Of a DNA stretch of 64,000 nt, positions 38,593-48,999 are shown piece by piece. A program made the translations under genes and the position numbers. Location: positions 2,616 through 66,615 of IMG/VR virus record IMGVR_UViG_3300020352_000805. One strand, 5' to 3'. The notes beneath the pieces are model-generated. The model had not been told where the DNA came from and ran no database searches. It saw nothing but the letters and a program-made list of their open reading frames with translations. Positions within the stretch are counted from its first letter, which is position 1. Every line of letters starts with the position of its first letter. The DNA comes from a virus (lineage: Duplodnaviria; Caudoviricetes).

Positions 38593-39132
38593 ATGGGACT
38601 CAAAGAAGACTTAGAAATTGCATTTCAAGATACAATAGACAATAGATTAGAAAGTAATGACCTTGCTACGGCAATAACGGCTGCATATAAAGATGCTTGC
38701 AAGTCCGGTTCGGATAGTATAGGTAATAGTTATGGAGGACAATTATTTCCATTAGTAGAAACTGCAATAAAAGCTGCATTTGATTTGTGTTTTGCTTTAG
38801 GAAAAACCGGAGCACCAGTACCTTTAGACCTTAATCTTGTTTCGGCATCATTAGTTGCATGTTGGACACCGGCATTATTAAAATTGCCGGCAACACATCC
38901 AGGGTTTTCATCAGTTATATCAGGAAATGTTACTGTTTCGATACCTGTTCCTGTACCACCAATTCCAGACCCAGACCCAGAAAACCCAACTACTGAAGAA
39001 ATAGTTAATGCATTTTTCAATATGTTTACTGGTCATGCAAAATCAATACAATTCTTATATTCAGGGTTGGCACTTGTCGGCTCACCACCCCCACCAATAA
39101 CAATTCCGGCAACAATTTTTAACATCAAGTAA
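38593..39132 (+). CDS. Pro-rich hypothetical protein downstream of gp5
   Basis: 179-aa ORF with PVPVPPIPDPDP and SPPPP tracts. Confidence 0.65.
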   Translation: MGLKEDLEIAFQDTIDNRLESNDLATAITAAYKDACKSGSDSIGNSYGGQLFPLVETAIKAAFDLCFALGKTGAPVPLDLNLVSASLVACWTPALLKLPATHPGFSSVISGNVTVSIPVPVPPIPDPDPENPTTEEIVNAFFNMFTGHAKSIQFLYSGLALVGSPPPPITIPATIFNIK

Positions 39133-39170
39133 TAGATTAAATAACGTATAACTTTTAAAACAAATAAAAA

Positions 39171-40289
39171 ATGAATGAGCAAAGAGTAACCTATGGTGAC
39201 CCAACAAATATTTCTGTATTTGAACAAACATCAAAAAAACCAACATTATTAGAAAACGGCAAACTACTTTCAAATGAATCATATGCCGAAGAAATGTTAA
39301 ACCTTTATAACGAATCTTTTAACAAACTACCTAAAAATCTTAAATATGAAATTGGACAAACTATTGTAGGTACAATTTCACAAATTTCTAAAACTGATAT
39401 ACTATTAGACATTGGTTCAAAAGACTTTGCTTACATTTCATTAGAAAAAGACAAATTAAATCCAGAATCTTATAAAATAGGAGAAGAAGTTGAAGCTTCT
39501 ATTGTCGATACTAAAGATTATTTAAAAGCTAGCATTGTAGAATTCATAAAAACGAATTTATACAATGAAATGAAATATTCAGAAGAAGAAATTGTATATG
39601 ATGCAGAGGTTTTAAGTTTAACAGAAAATGGATACGTTCTTAACATAGAAGGTGTTCAAGTATTTATGCCCGGTAGTTTAGGTGGAATAAACAAATTATT
39701 AGATTTTCAAACTTTAATAGGTAAAACAATAAAAGTTATGCCAATTAAAAATGAAAATATGTATTCTAAATTTAAAGACCAATTAATTGTTTCCCATAGA
39801 GCATACTTAGAAACTTTAATTCCGTCCGAAATAGAAAAATTAGAAATAGGTGCAGTTTATACAGGAACTATAACAGGAACTAAACCTTTTGGTGTTTTTA
39901 TAGAATTTAATAATGTTTTAACCGGAATGATTCACAAAGATGATTACGATGAAGTTCTACTTGAACATCTCAGTAAAGGGGAAGTTGTTCCTGGAAAAGA
40001 AATTGATTTTTATTTAAAAGAAATTGTTACCAATAGAAAAATAATTTTATCTAGGTTAGTAGTTGACCCAAATGAAATTGCAAAACCTAAATTTGAAAAA
40101 GGAGATGTTGTTGAAGGTAGAGTTGTTAAGACTGTAAAATATGGTAGTTTTATTTCTTTAGGTAAAAATGCAACCGGATTGCTTCACGTAAGTAAACTAA
40201 AAGATGGTATAGAATTAAAAAAAGGAGATAGACACAACGTAAAAATACTTGACAATAAAGATAACAAATACGTTTTAGAATTAACTTAA
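39171..40289 (+). CDS. Ribosomal protein S1-like RNA-binding protein (about 4 S1 domains)
   Basis: GQTIVGTISQI, EGVQVFMPGS, GTKPFGVFIEF..LTGMIH, VKYGSFISL..TGLLHVSKL. Confidence 0.85.
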   Translation: MNEQRVTYGDPTNISVFEQTSKKPTLLENGKLLSNESYAEEMLNLYNESFNKLPKNLKYEIGQTIVGTISQISKTDILLDIGSKDFAYISLEKDKLNPESYKIGEEVEASIVDTKDYLKASIVEFIKTNLYNEMKYSEEEIVYDAEVLSLTENGYVLNIEGVQVFMPGSLGGINKLLDFQTLIGKTIKVMPIKNENMYSKFKDQLIVSHRAYLETLIPSEIEKLEIGAVYTGTITGTKPFGVFIEFNNVLTGMIHKDDYDEVLLEHLSKGEVVPGKEIDFYLKEIVTNRKIILSRLVVDPNEIAKPKFEKGDVVEGRVVKTVKYGSFISLGKNATGLLHVSKLKDGIELKKGDRHNVKILDNKDNKYVLELT

Positions 40290-40314
40290 AATATAATTAT
40301 CATAAAATCGTTAC

Positions 40315-40345
40315 AAAAGGCAATCGAAAATGGTTGCCTTTTTTT
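40315..40345 (+). terminator. Intrinsic terminator after the S1 gene
   Basis: AAAAGGCAATC-loop-GGTTGCCTTTT followed by a T run. Confidence 0.8.
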
Positions 40346-40372
40346 GATTAAATAAGAAAACTAACGCATTTT

Positions 40373-41683
40373 ATGAACCAAGAAAGAGATATGGAATTAC
40401 ACAATACTAAAGTTGGTTTAGAAATTGAATTTGTAAGAAAACCTACCTTTAATTTAGGAGAAATTAAGAAACAATTTTCAAAACTTTTAAAGGTAAAAAT
40501 TAATATAGAAAAGGAGCATCATTCTGAATTCGTTCCTACCGATAACCACTATAAAATAGAACCGGACTTTTCTTTAGGAGACCATTCTGTTGAATTAGTA
40601 ACCGGACCACTTGATTATAATCACGCAAAAATAGTATTAATAAAAGTACTGAGGTGGATTAGAGAAACACCAGAAGTAAAAACCACTGATAGATGTGGTG
40701 TTCATTTGAATTTGAATTTTCCTGATACTGATTACATACAGCAAATTGACATTCTTAATTTTATTTTGAATTTTGATGAAGAAGAAGTTTATAGTAGATT
40801 TCCTAAAAGGAGAGATAATATATACACAAAATCAATAAAAGAAATAGTTCCATTACATAGTAACTTTGATTTCAAAACAATAAGTACTAATAGAACTAGT
40901 TTTGTTTATCCTATTAGCAAGTACTATGGTGTTAATTTTGAAAAGTTAAAAAGTAATTATTTAGAATTTAGATATATAGGTGGTAGAAAATACGAAGAAC
41001 AACAATCTGATATCTTATATCTTTTAGATTATTTTTTATTGAGCATCAAAGAATCTTACGAAAAAGACGATAGTGAAATAAAAGAAAAACTAATTAAATT
41101 ATTAGAACCTAAGAAAAATGTATTTTTGGCAGGACAAAATTATTTTAATTTCAACAATATATTCAAAAATATAGAATTCAAAGTAGATACCAGAAATGAT
41201 GAAGAAACACTAAAATTATTTTTTCCTTTGATGTGGAAAGATTTTTTTCCTATCCTTATTAGAATGAAAGAAGTTAAATTCAACATGAAAGGAATAATAA
41301 ATTATGATACCGATAATTCTTGTATTGAATTTGCTGGATTTATATTTAGAAAAACAATAGTAGAGAATCCTAGAATTCTTTTTTATAATTGTAGATTATT
41401 GAATGTTGTTATGATTCAAACACCCGTACACGATTGTGTAATATCTGGTTCGGATTTAGATAGATGCGAAACTGGTAATTCTAAATTCAAAGATAGTAGA
41501 ATAAAAAATGGTAAAAACACATATGCAGAATTTAAAAATTGTTATTTAGATGGTGTTGAAGTATTAGATTCCTATGTAGATGGTGGTATTTTTAGGAAAG
41601 GTTCATATTCTAATACCGAAATTACAGAAAATACTATTGTAATTGATAAAGATGTTGAAAACCTGGACGAAAAGGAAGATTAA
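40373..41683 (+). CDS. Putative amidoligase (COOH-NH2 ligase, GCS/GS-like fold) with C-terminal extension
   Basis: VGLEIEF, IEPDFSL, VELVT, DRCGVHLN, KYYGVNF, LEFRY motifs; C-terminal pentapeptide/beta-helix-like region. Confidence 0.75.
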   Translation: MNQERDMELHNTKVGLEIEFVRKPTFNLGEIKKQFSKLLKVKINIEKEHHSEFVPTDNHYKIEPDFSLGDHSVELVTGPLDYNHAKIVLIKVLRWIRETPEVKTTDRCGVHLNLNFPDTDYIQQIDILNFILNFDEEEVYSRFPKRRDNIYTKSIKEIVPLHSNFDFKTISTNRTSFVYPISKYYGVNFEKLKSNYLEFRYIGGRKYEEQQSDILYLLDYFLLSIKESYEKDDSEIKEKLIKLLEPKKNVFLAGQNYFNFNNIFKNIEFKVDTRNDEETLKLFFPLMWKDFFPILIRMKEVKFNMKGIINYDTDNSCIEFAGFIFRKTIVENPRILFYNCRLLNVVMIQTPVHDCVISGSDLDRCETGNSKFKDSRIKNGKNTYAEFKNCYLDGVEVLDSYVDGGIFRKGSYSNTEITENTIVIDKDVENLDEKED

Positions 41684-41700
41684 AAGAAATTAAATAAAAT

Positions 41701-42474
41701 ATGACTAAACAAGAATTTTACGATGAACTTAATACAGCAATAACTGTTGGATGTAGTTTACCATTTTCTGTTCCAGAAAAAGCAATAGACAATTTAGTAA
41801 AATATTCAGCTCAATGGTTTCATAGAAATTGGGATGATGGTGTAGAAAATATTTACCTATCAATTCCAGCATCCGTATGGAGTACAAGTGAAGAATTTAA
41901 ACAAACTAGGAAATTAACATTACCCAAGTGTGTTTATTCAGTAAATGCAGTTGCAAAAGACCGGTCTTCAAAAAATAGAATGGGAGGTGGAAGTGCTGAT
42001 TTTTCTTTTGATAAATATATGAGTTCTAATTGGGGAGTGAATGGTGGAATGTCAGGAACCGAAGATTTGATGGGTACAGATGCTGTTTTAGGATACGTAA
42101 TTGCATCTAGTTGGGGAGATTTGACCGACCTTATTTTAAAATACCCTATAACATATACATACAGTAGACAATCAAATAAATTATTTTTAAAAGGTTCTTT
42201 AGAGCATTCACCAGATTTTTTATTAGATTGCGAAGTAAGAGCACCTTTAGAATCGCTTTATAATTTAGATTTATTTTTTCATTATTGTTTAGGTCAAACT
42301 AAGATGCAACTTGCAAATATATTAGGTACATTTTCTATGGACTTACCGGGAGGAGCTTCTATAAATTTTGATAGGTTTTATGACCAAGGAAAAGAAAGTG
42401 TAGATGAAGTAAAAGAAGAAGTTAAAAGTATGAGAGGAGGTAGTGATTTTATCTTTCATACTAATGGATTATAA
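41701..42474 (+). CDS. Neck protein (T4 gp13-like)
   Basis: C-terminal TKMQLANILGTFSMDLPGGASINFDRFYDQGKE resembles the gp13 LPGG motif. Confidence 0.7.
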   Translation: MTKQEFYDELNTAITVGCSLPFSVPEKAIDNLVKYSAQWFHRNWDDGVENIYLSIPASVWSTSEEFKQTRKLTLPKCVYSVNAVAKDRSSKNRMGGGSADFSFDKYMSSNWGVNGGMSGTEDLMGTDAVLGYVIASSWGDLTDLILKYPITYTYSRQSNKLFLKGSLEHSPDFLLDCEVRAPLESLYNLDLFFHYCLGQTKMQLANILGTFSMDLPGGASINFDRFYDQGKESVDEVKEEVKSMRGGSDFIFHTNGL

Positions 42475-42488
42475 AAATAAAGGAATAA

Positions 42489-42854
42489 ATGGGCGCAACC
42501 GATATATACATAAGAAGACCACAACGTTCTTTATATAGTGAAAAAGATATAGAAATCAACGATATGTTAACTATGTTTTTGCAACAAATAGAAATGGTTT
42601 TATCAACACCACCTTCAACAGTTTTAGGTAGAGCAGATTTCGGAGTTGGATTGCGTTCTTATTTATGGGATTTTAATGTAGGTGAAAGTGAATTAAAACA
42701 AGCTATAAATGAACAAATAGGATTAAATTGCTCATTATCAGGGGAATTTAGTTATAAAATAGATGTTCAATTCTATGAAGTAGGTAATAGTGATTCTGCA
42801 ATTATTGATATAACCGTAGAAGATGACAATTTAGTTAGAATGGTCATCAATTAA
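42489..42854 (+). CDS. Baseplate wedge protein gp25-like
   Basis: QIEMVLSTPPSTVLGRADFGVGLRSYLWD; immediately upstream of gp6. Confidence 0.75.
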   Translation: MGATDIYIRRPQRSLYSEKDIEINDMLTMFLQQIEMVLSTPPSTVLGRADFGVGLRSYLWDFNVGESELKQAINEQIGLNCSLSGEFSYKIDVQFYEVGNSDSAIIDITVEDDNLVRMVIN

Positions 42855-42876
42855 ATACAAAAAGAATTGTTCGTAG

Positions 42877-44685
42877 ATGTCAAAGAAAGCAAAAGACCAA
42901 GTTAATAAGATTATAGACAAAAGTAGACTGTTTGATGGTCAATTAAAAGAGCAAATAGAACTATACTTAATCAAGGAATATGAAAAAAGAGATTTAAACT
43001 TTTCTCCTTCAAGTCCGTATGGTCAAATTATTGATGTACTTAACGAATTAAACAAATTACAATACTTTTATTTAGAGGATTCTTTAAATGAAAGAAATCT
43101 TTTAACAGCATTCAAAGAAAATTCTATTTTAGGATTATCAAGATTAACGGGTCACAACCCCAGTAGACCGGTTAGTGCAAAAGGTGAATTATCATTAAAG
43201 ATAAAACCTGGAATGGCAAATGAAATACCAGGCGCTAATATACAAATTCAAAATTACAGTAAAATATTGTGTAAAAACAATCAAAAAAATTATGTAATCA
43301 TTTTAGATTCAGATTCTGTTTATATACCTAAAACAAGTTCAAAACTATTTAAGTTTCAAGTTGTTGAAGGAGAATTGAACACTTCAAATTTTACAGGGGA
43401 CAATACTGATTTACAATCTTTTAATATTCCGACTAGATTTGCACAAATAGAAAATGATATAATTACTGTTTTAGTAAATGGTCAAGAATTTAAAAATTTC
43501 GAATCTCTTTATGATATTAAGAAAAACGAAAAAGGGGTAATAATAAAAACAGGAATTAATGGTGGGGTTGATATATATTTTGGCAATAAAGATTATGGTT
43601 ATATACCAGATTCTGGAGAAAAAATCCAAGTGGAGTGGATTGCTTCAAATGGTTCGGGTGGTAATATTGGGGAATCATCATCTTCTATTTTGCTTGAATT
43701 TGTCGATGAGGTTTCTGATGGATTTGGTGGTGAGTTGGATTTGAATGAAATTTTCGATATTAGCGTATCTAAGAAAATAACAATGGGTGCTGATGCAGAA
43801 GATAAAGAACTTACAAGATTTTTACTTAATAAAAATAGTAGAGGATTAGTTCTTGCAAATCCTACAAATTATACAGCATTCTTATCTAAATATAATCAAT
43901 TTAGTTATATTGATGCATTCAATACCTTTGGAGATGAATATTTAGATGATGATAATATAGTTTATCTTTTCTTGTTACCAGATATCACTAGAAAGGTACA
44001 AAGTAATTCTGATTACTTTAGTACCGATATTAACAACTTCTATCTTTCTAAAGAAGATAAAGATGCTGTTTATGATGTAATCAACAAAAGTGGTAGACAA
44101 TTAATTTCAACAGAATTAGAAATAATTGACCCAGTTATTACAAATTATGCATTGAATGTTTTCATTAGAGTTTACGATGACATTATTAGTGAAGATACTA
44201 TAAAAGCAGAAATAACAAATGCATTAGGAGAATACTTTTTATCTTTACAAAGAAGGGATAAAATACCTCGTTCAGATATTATTAAAATGATAGAAAAGAT
44301 TGATGGTATTGATTCAGTTTATGTTGATTTTATTTCTAAGGCCAACGAAGAAGCTATTTTTAATGGTTATTATTTCAAGAAAATTGATTATAATAACACA
44401 GATGCAACTAGTGCTTTAATAGAAGCAGTTAGAAAAAATAATGATGTACCTAACTTAAATGCAAGTAATTCAATAGAAACAACTGAAAAAATTACTCTTA
44501 AATCAGGAGAAAATCCGAATTTAGGTTTAGATGAATTCGGTGACATTACAATAGGAAACAAAGAATTGCCAATTATTAGAGGTGGATTTACTGACAGGAA
44601 CGGTGTTGAATACGCTGATGGAATAAATGGGACTAATTTATCGGCACTAAATATTGTAATTAGAGAATCTATACCGAGAAAATAA
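42877..44685 (+). CDS. Baseplate wedge subunit gp6-like (baseplate J family)
   Basis: ENSILGLSRLTGHNPSRPVSAKG, WIASNGSGGNIG, GADAED, VLANPTNY motifs. Confidence 0.8.
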   Translation: MSKKAKDQVNKIIDKSRLFDGQLKEQIELYLIKEYEKRDLNFSPSSPYGQIIDVLNELNKLQYFYLEDSLNERNLLTAFKENSILGLSRLTGHNPSRPVSAKGELSLKIKPGMANEIPGANIQIQNYSKILCKNNQKNYVIILDSDSVYIPKTSSKLFKFQVVEGELNTSNFTGDNTDLQSFNIPTRFAQIENDIITVLVNGQEFKNFESLYDIKKNEKGVIIKTGINGGVDIYFGNKDYGYIPDSGEKIQVEWIASNGSGGNIGESSSSILLEFVDEVSDGFGGELDLNEIFDISVSKKITMGADAEDKELTRFLLNKNSRGLVLANPTNYTAFLSKYNQFSYIDAFNTFGDEYLDDDNIVYLFLLPDITRKVQSNSDYFSTDINNFYLSKEDKDAVYDVINKSGRQLISTELEIIDPVITNYALNVFIRVYDDIISEDTIKAEITNALGEYFLSLQRRDKIPRSDIIKMIEKIDGIDSVYVDFISKANEEAIFNGYYFKKIDYNNTDATSALIEAVRKNNDVPNLNASNSIETTEKITLKSGENPNLGLDEFGDITIGNKELPIIRGGFTDRNGVEYADGINGTNLSALNIVIRESIPRK

Positions 44686-44694
44686 TATATAAAT

Positions 44695-44916
44695 ATGTCA
44701 ATTAAAAAATCTCAAATAAAACAAGCGTATGAACCAGCGGTTCAAGAAGAATTAGACATATTCAAAAAAACTATGTCTCCGTATTTGACTGGAACTGAAA
44801 ATGAAATTATGCAAGGATTTTTAAAAAGATTGGAAATGATTAAAATGAATAATTATTATTCAGTTAAACTTATTGAAAATTTATATAACTATACAGAAGA
44901 AAATCCAAATAAATAA
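44695..44916 (+). CDS. Small baseplate-region protein
   Basis: 73-aa ORF between the gp6-like and gp7-like genes. Confidence 0.6.
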   Translation: MSIKKSQIKQAYEPAVQEELDIFKKTMSPYLTGTENEIMQGFLKRLEMIKMNNYYSVKLIENLYNYTEENPNK

Positions 44917-44922
44917 TATCAG

Positions 44923-47900
44923 ATGTCAATTAAAAAAGAAAACTTACATTTCTTTAATAAAAAAGGAAACAACCTAAACTTATTTTATGATTCTGTTTCT
45001 GGATTGTACAGAGGAAACTATGTTCTTAGTGAAAATGCCATTTCGGTAGATTTAATTGAATCGGAACAAATAATTATATTAGAAAAAGTTTATAGTGCAG
45101 AATATCAAAAATTTATGTACGTAAAACCTACGAATGTAGATAACGATGCACAAGAAATATTATTTGAAATAGATAAAACTTCAACAGACGAATTCTTTAC
45201 GTTTGACATCACTTTAGATGATAAAACATACTATATAGACAAAGGAACTAATCAGTCCGTAGAAGCGACCTATGATGCCTCATTTACGAATGTTTCAATA
45301 GCAGGGACTACCTATACAAATATACCGAATTCTTTTGAAATAAACAAATTACAAGAGAACTATTCAACGGCAAATATAGGGTTTTCATCGAAAGTTGAAA
45401 ATTCATTTGTAGGTAAAGTAAACATGTATTTCAAAACAGGGGCAACTAAAGTTCAGATAGGAGAATTATTTTTATTTGTAGATACAGTAGCGGAAGATAC
45501 AAGATTACCCCTGATGTTAGAAACACTAGGACATACTTTGAATACCAAAGATTTCTTGATATTTGATTCTACGAATGTAAATGAAGAAGATATTGATTTT
45601 GCAATTGTTAACAAAAAAAGAAAAGAACTTTTACTTGAATTTCATAATATTTTTCCGTATCTTGGTTCATATAAAGCACTCATTAATATAATTAAATATT
45701 TCGGTTATGAATCGGTTGCCATAAAAGAGTATTGGAAAAATGTAAAAGTTGATTCAGCCAATTTTGGTAAACTAAGACCGGTTGATATAGAAAGTGTATT
45801 ATTGAATTCTAATAATACAAAAGAACTTTCTGACTTATTCCCATCAAAAGTATATTCAAAGACTAATAAATTTGGTATGTACTATCAAATCACAGAAGAA
45901 ACTGGACAATATGATGAGGATGGTTTACCTATAACTAAAGAATCTTTCGAATTTACAATTGATGAAATATTAGTTAAATTATATGCACTTAAAGATAAGT
46001 TAAAGAAATATTTCTTACCACTAAACAGTAGAATAATTGATATTGTAGGGGAAGCACTTTATTATACAAAGGTAGAATTGAATTATTGGAATTCAGTTAA
46101 TAGAGTTGATGATGTAGATATAAATATAAATCCGACCTTTGAAGTGTTTCCACGTAAACATGGATTCATAGAAGATTTGAGACCACTACAATGGTTAGGT
46201 GTAAAAATAAGCCCTGACTTATTATTAGATGGTTCAGCAAATTTAAAAGTACGAGAATTTACTCTTACTAATTCATTTTTTCGAAATAAATTAAAAATAT
46301 TTGATAGTGTTTCTGGAGTAGGTTTCGAAATAGAAGCTGACTATAAAAGTACAAATAAATCAAACGCACTAAAATTATACGAAGGTCTTATTAAATTAGG
46401 AGCACCTTTCGATGAATTTTATATAACAGTAGATGACAATAAAATACTTTTTGTTGAAAAAGAAAATACTGGTGCCGTTTTAACATCTTATGTAGAACAA
46501 GGTGCATATGCATCATCTATACCTGTACTTTCTTTTCAAGATTACCTAAACGGAGCTCAACCAATAAGTACGTATCAAAAAGCATATTTACAATTCTTTT
46601 TTGATAGAGATTTTAAATTGTCTGAATTAGACAATAATGAAAATATTCCTGTTGGATATCCTATAATTTTAAAAAATACAAGTTTTGATATTACTTGGTC
46701 AGATGCAAATCTTACTTGGAATAGTGTAGATGAAAAAAGAAATTACAATGATTTCAATTTTTCAAGTGCATCAGGATTTCCAACATCGGCATATAATAGT
46801 GGCGTTGACCCATTTAGTGGAGTTTCTTGGGATGATATAGGTAATGCTAATTTCTACGAAATACAATGGTATATTTACAAAGAAGCAAATTCAGTTTCAC
46901 CTTTTTGGTCAAGTACTGTAAAAGGGTCACTATCTGATTTTAAAGAATGGGCGGTTAATTTACCTCATCCAGGAGATTATACGGTTGAATTGACTTTATT
47001 TGATATGTACGGTTCATATAGTAAAAATACTGAAATAAATCATATTACAGTTGAACAAAAGAATCCTAACTTTACGGCTTGGAAAATAAAAGATTTAAGT
47101 GATGTTAAATGGGATGACTTAGAAGATTTAACTTGGGATGAAATGGGCAGTTCTTGGGAATTACCTTTCTTACCGAATACAAATACAGACGATGCTATTT
47201 TAGCATGGCATAGTATAGATAGAGTAGAATTTTATCAAAACTTAGTTAAACAAAATGCTGTTTTACGAAGTAAAGGAGATATAAATTCAAAAACTTGGAA
47301 AAACATTGGAGATAATGTTACTTGGGATGATGTTGACCACTTATATTGGGATGATTTAAGTAGTACTTATACTAAATTCTATATCAAAGATTTGAATTTA
47401 TTAAGTGCTGGAAATGATATTACAGTAAAAGATAGTGCTGGAAACACATTAGAAAATTGGAGTGAATTTACATTGAATCTGACGGGAAATAAATACGTTG
47501 ATTTAGTTCAACAATTAAGTTCTTTAAGTGAAACTACAAATCCTATTTTATCAAGTTTTATTTATGAATACAGACCAATAATAAAATACGGAGTTCCGAC
47601 TATTCATCAAATAATTGCAGTATCTAAGAATTTTGAAAAACCTAAAAAATATTTCTTTAGTAGTTCTTCTATTAACGATATTTCAAATTTCAATACACCA
47701 ATGAATGGATTCGGTGCTGTTGGTGATGCCGGTTCTAGTTTTGATATTTACGGATTCAATAATTTTTATGCAATAGGTGGAACAGGAGCTACAGACCAAT
47801 CTATAACTATTGATAATATATCTTATACTATTCCATCAAGTATTCAAACTTTATCAGCATTGGCTACTGATTTGAATACGAATTCTCCATTTGATGAATG

Positions 47901-48345
47901 GGGATTTAATATAGTACAATCTTATCAAGGTGCAACAGCACCATATAACGATGAAAAAATATTGGCATTTAAAAAATTGTTGTCGAGTAACGAAATTAAT
48001 ATTATTAAATACAATAAGGTTTATGGAACTAAATACGCAAGAAGCATTACAACTAATGCAACTTGGAATAGTTTAGATGTTCTTTACTATCAAAGAGATG
48101 TAAAGCCATTTACTCAAATTTATTTTAATTACGACATTTCGTGGATGCCTGGATTTAAAAATCCTAAATGGAAAATAACGAAAGTTGGAACAGGAGAAGA
48201 AGTATTTAGTTGGTTGAATAAATATATGGTATACCTTTTTACTGATGAAGGAGAATATAATATTTCTTTAGAATTAGAAGATACCAACGGAAATAAAAAA
48301 ACTATAACAAAAAACGGATTGATTAGAGTAAAATCATACGAATAA
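44923..48345 (+). CDS. Large baseplate wedge protein (gp7-like position) with PKD-like domains
   Basis: YLGSYKALINIIKYFGY motif; HPGDYTVELTL and DEGEYNISLEL PKD-like ends; W-D-rich repeats (xTWDDL). Confidence 0.55.
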   Translation: MSIKKENLHFFNKKGNNLNLFYDSVSGLYRGNYVLSENAISVDLIESEQIIILEKVYSAEYQKFMYVKPTNVDNDAQEILFEIDKTSTDEFFTFDITLDDKTYYIDKGTNQSVEATYDASFTNVSIAGTTYTNIPNSFEINKLQENYSTANIGFSSKVENSFVGKVNMYFKTGATKVQIGELFLFVDTVAEDTRLPLMLETLGHTLNTKDFLIFDSTNVNEEDIDFAIVNKKRKELLLEFHNIFPYLGSYKALINIIKYFGYESVAIKEYWKNVKVDSANFGKLRPVDIESVLLNSNNTKELSDLFPSKVYSKTNKFGMYYQITEETGQYDEDGLPITKESFEFTIDEILVKLYALKDKLKKYFLPLNSRIIDIVGEALYYTKVELNYWNSVNRVDDVDININPTFEVFPRKHGFIEDLRPLQWLGVKISPDLLLDGSANLKVREFTLTNSFFRNKLKIFDSVSGVGFEIEADYKSTNKSNALKLYEGLIKLGAPFDEFYITVDDNKILFVEKENTGAVLTSYVEQGAYASSIPVLSFQDYLNGAQPISTYQKAYLQFFFDRDFKLSELDNNENIPVGYPIILKNTSFDITWSDANLTWNSVDEKRNYNDFNFSSASGFPTSAYNSGVDPFSGVSWDDIGNANFYEIQWYIYKEANSVSPFWSSTVKGSLSDFKEWAVNLPHPGDYTVELTLFDMYGSYSKNTEINHITVEQKNPNFTAWKIKDLSDVKWDDLEDLTWDEMGSSWELPFLPNTNTDDAILAWHSIDRVEFYQNLVKQNAVLRSKGDINSKTWKNIGDNVTWDDVDHLYWDDLSSTYTKFYIKDLNLLSAGNDITVKDSAGNTLENWSEFTLNLTGNKYVDLVQQLSSLSETTNPILSSFIYEYRPIIKYGVPTIHQIIAVSKNFEKPKKYFFSSSSINDISNFNTPMNGFGAVGDAGSSFDIYGFNNFYAIGGTGATDQSITIDNISYTIPSSIQTLSALATDLNTNSPFDEWGFNIVQSYQGATAPYNDEKILAFKKLLSSNEINIIKYNKVYGTKYARSITTNATWNSLDVLYYQRDVKPFTQIYFNYDISWMPGFKNPKWKITKVGTGEEVFSWLNKYMVYLFTDEGEYNISLELEDTNGNKKTITKNGLIRVKSYE

Positions 48346-48363
48346 AAATTAAAATTAAAAAAG

Positions 48364-48888
48364 ATGGCGATAACAATTACAACATTACAAGGTACAAATT
48401 CATTATCAGCAGATAGAATAACTATTAATGATAATTTTAAGATAAATACCGATGCTATCAATAATATTTTAGGTGTTGTTGATACAACGATTGGTTTGAT
48501 TGACAATACTGGATTAGGTGGTTCAAATCAAACTATTAAAACTGAAGGTATTGTTCTTACTACTTCAGGAGTTGATGTTCAAGGTGGAAATGTAAGTATT
48601 TCATCGGGAAGTTTTAAAGCAACAACCAATGGTTCTTTTTTACAACTAGGTGCAGACAATTCTAAAATTATTGATACAATTATTACTGTTGGTGCTGTAA
48701 ATAAACACTTTATTGGTGCGACTGGATTTGATGGAATTCAAATTTCAGAAATGACAACTGCAGAAATTACTGCAATAACAAGTTTATTAACAACAACTAG
48801 TCCAAAAATACTTACTTTCGATTCAACACTTAAAAAATTGAAGTTCTGGAATGGTACTGCTTTTGAAACTATTACAAGTGCTGTTTAG
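48364..48888 (+). CDS. Small virion structural protein
   Basis: TLQGTNSLSADRITINDNF N-terminal motif typical of T4-like baseplate/fibre anchors. Confidence 0.55.
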   Translation: MAITITTLQGTNSLSADRITINDNFKINTDAINNILGVVDTTIGLIDNTGLGGSNQTIKTEGIVLTTSGVDVQGGNVSISSGSFKATTNGSFLQLGADNSKIIDTIITVGAVNKHFIGATGFDGIQISEMTTAEITAITSLLTTTSPKILTFDSTLKKLKFWNGTAFETITSAV

Positions 48889-48923
48889 AATGATTATAAA
48901 TAACGACCTATTTTTAAAATAAC

Positions 48924-48952
48924 TTGCAATTGTCGAATATTATTCGTATATT
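48924..48952 (+). promoter_or_regulatory. Early promoter copy 4 (no leader hairpin)
   Basis: TTGCAA-N17-TATATT. Confidence 0.7.
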
Positions 48953-48999
48953 GTATAATGGGGGTTTAAAATATTAAATATAGAAAATAAAAAATAAAA

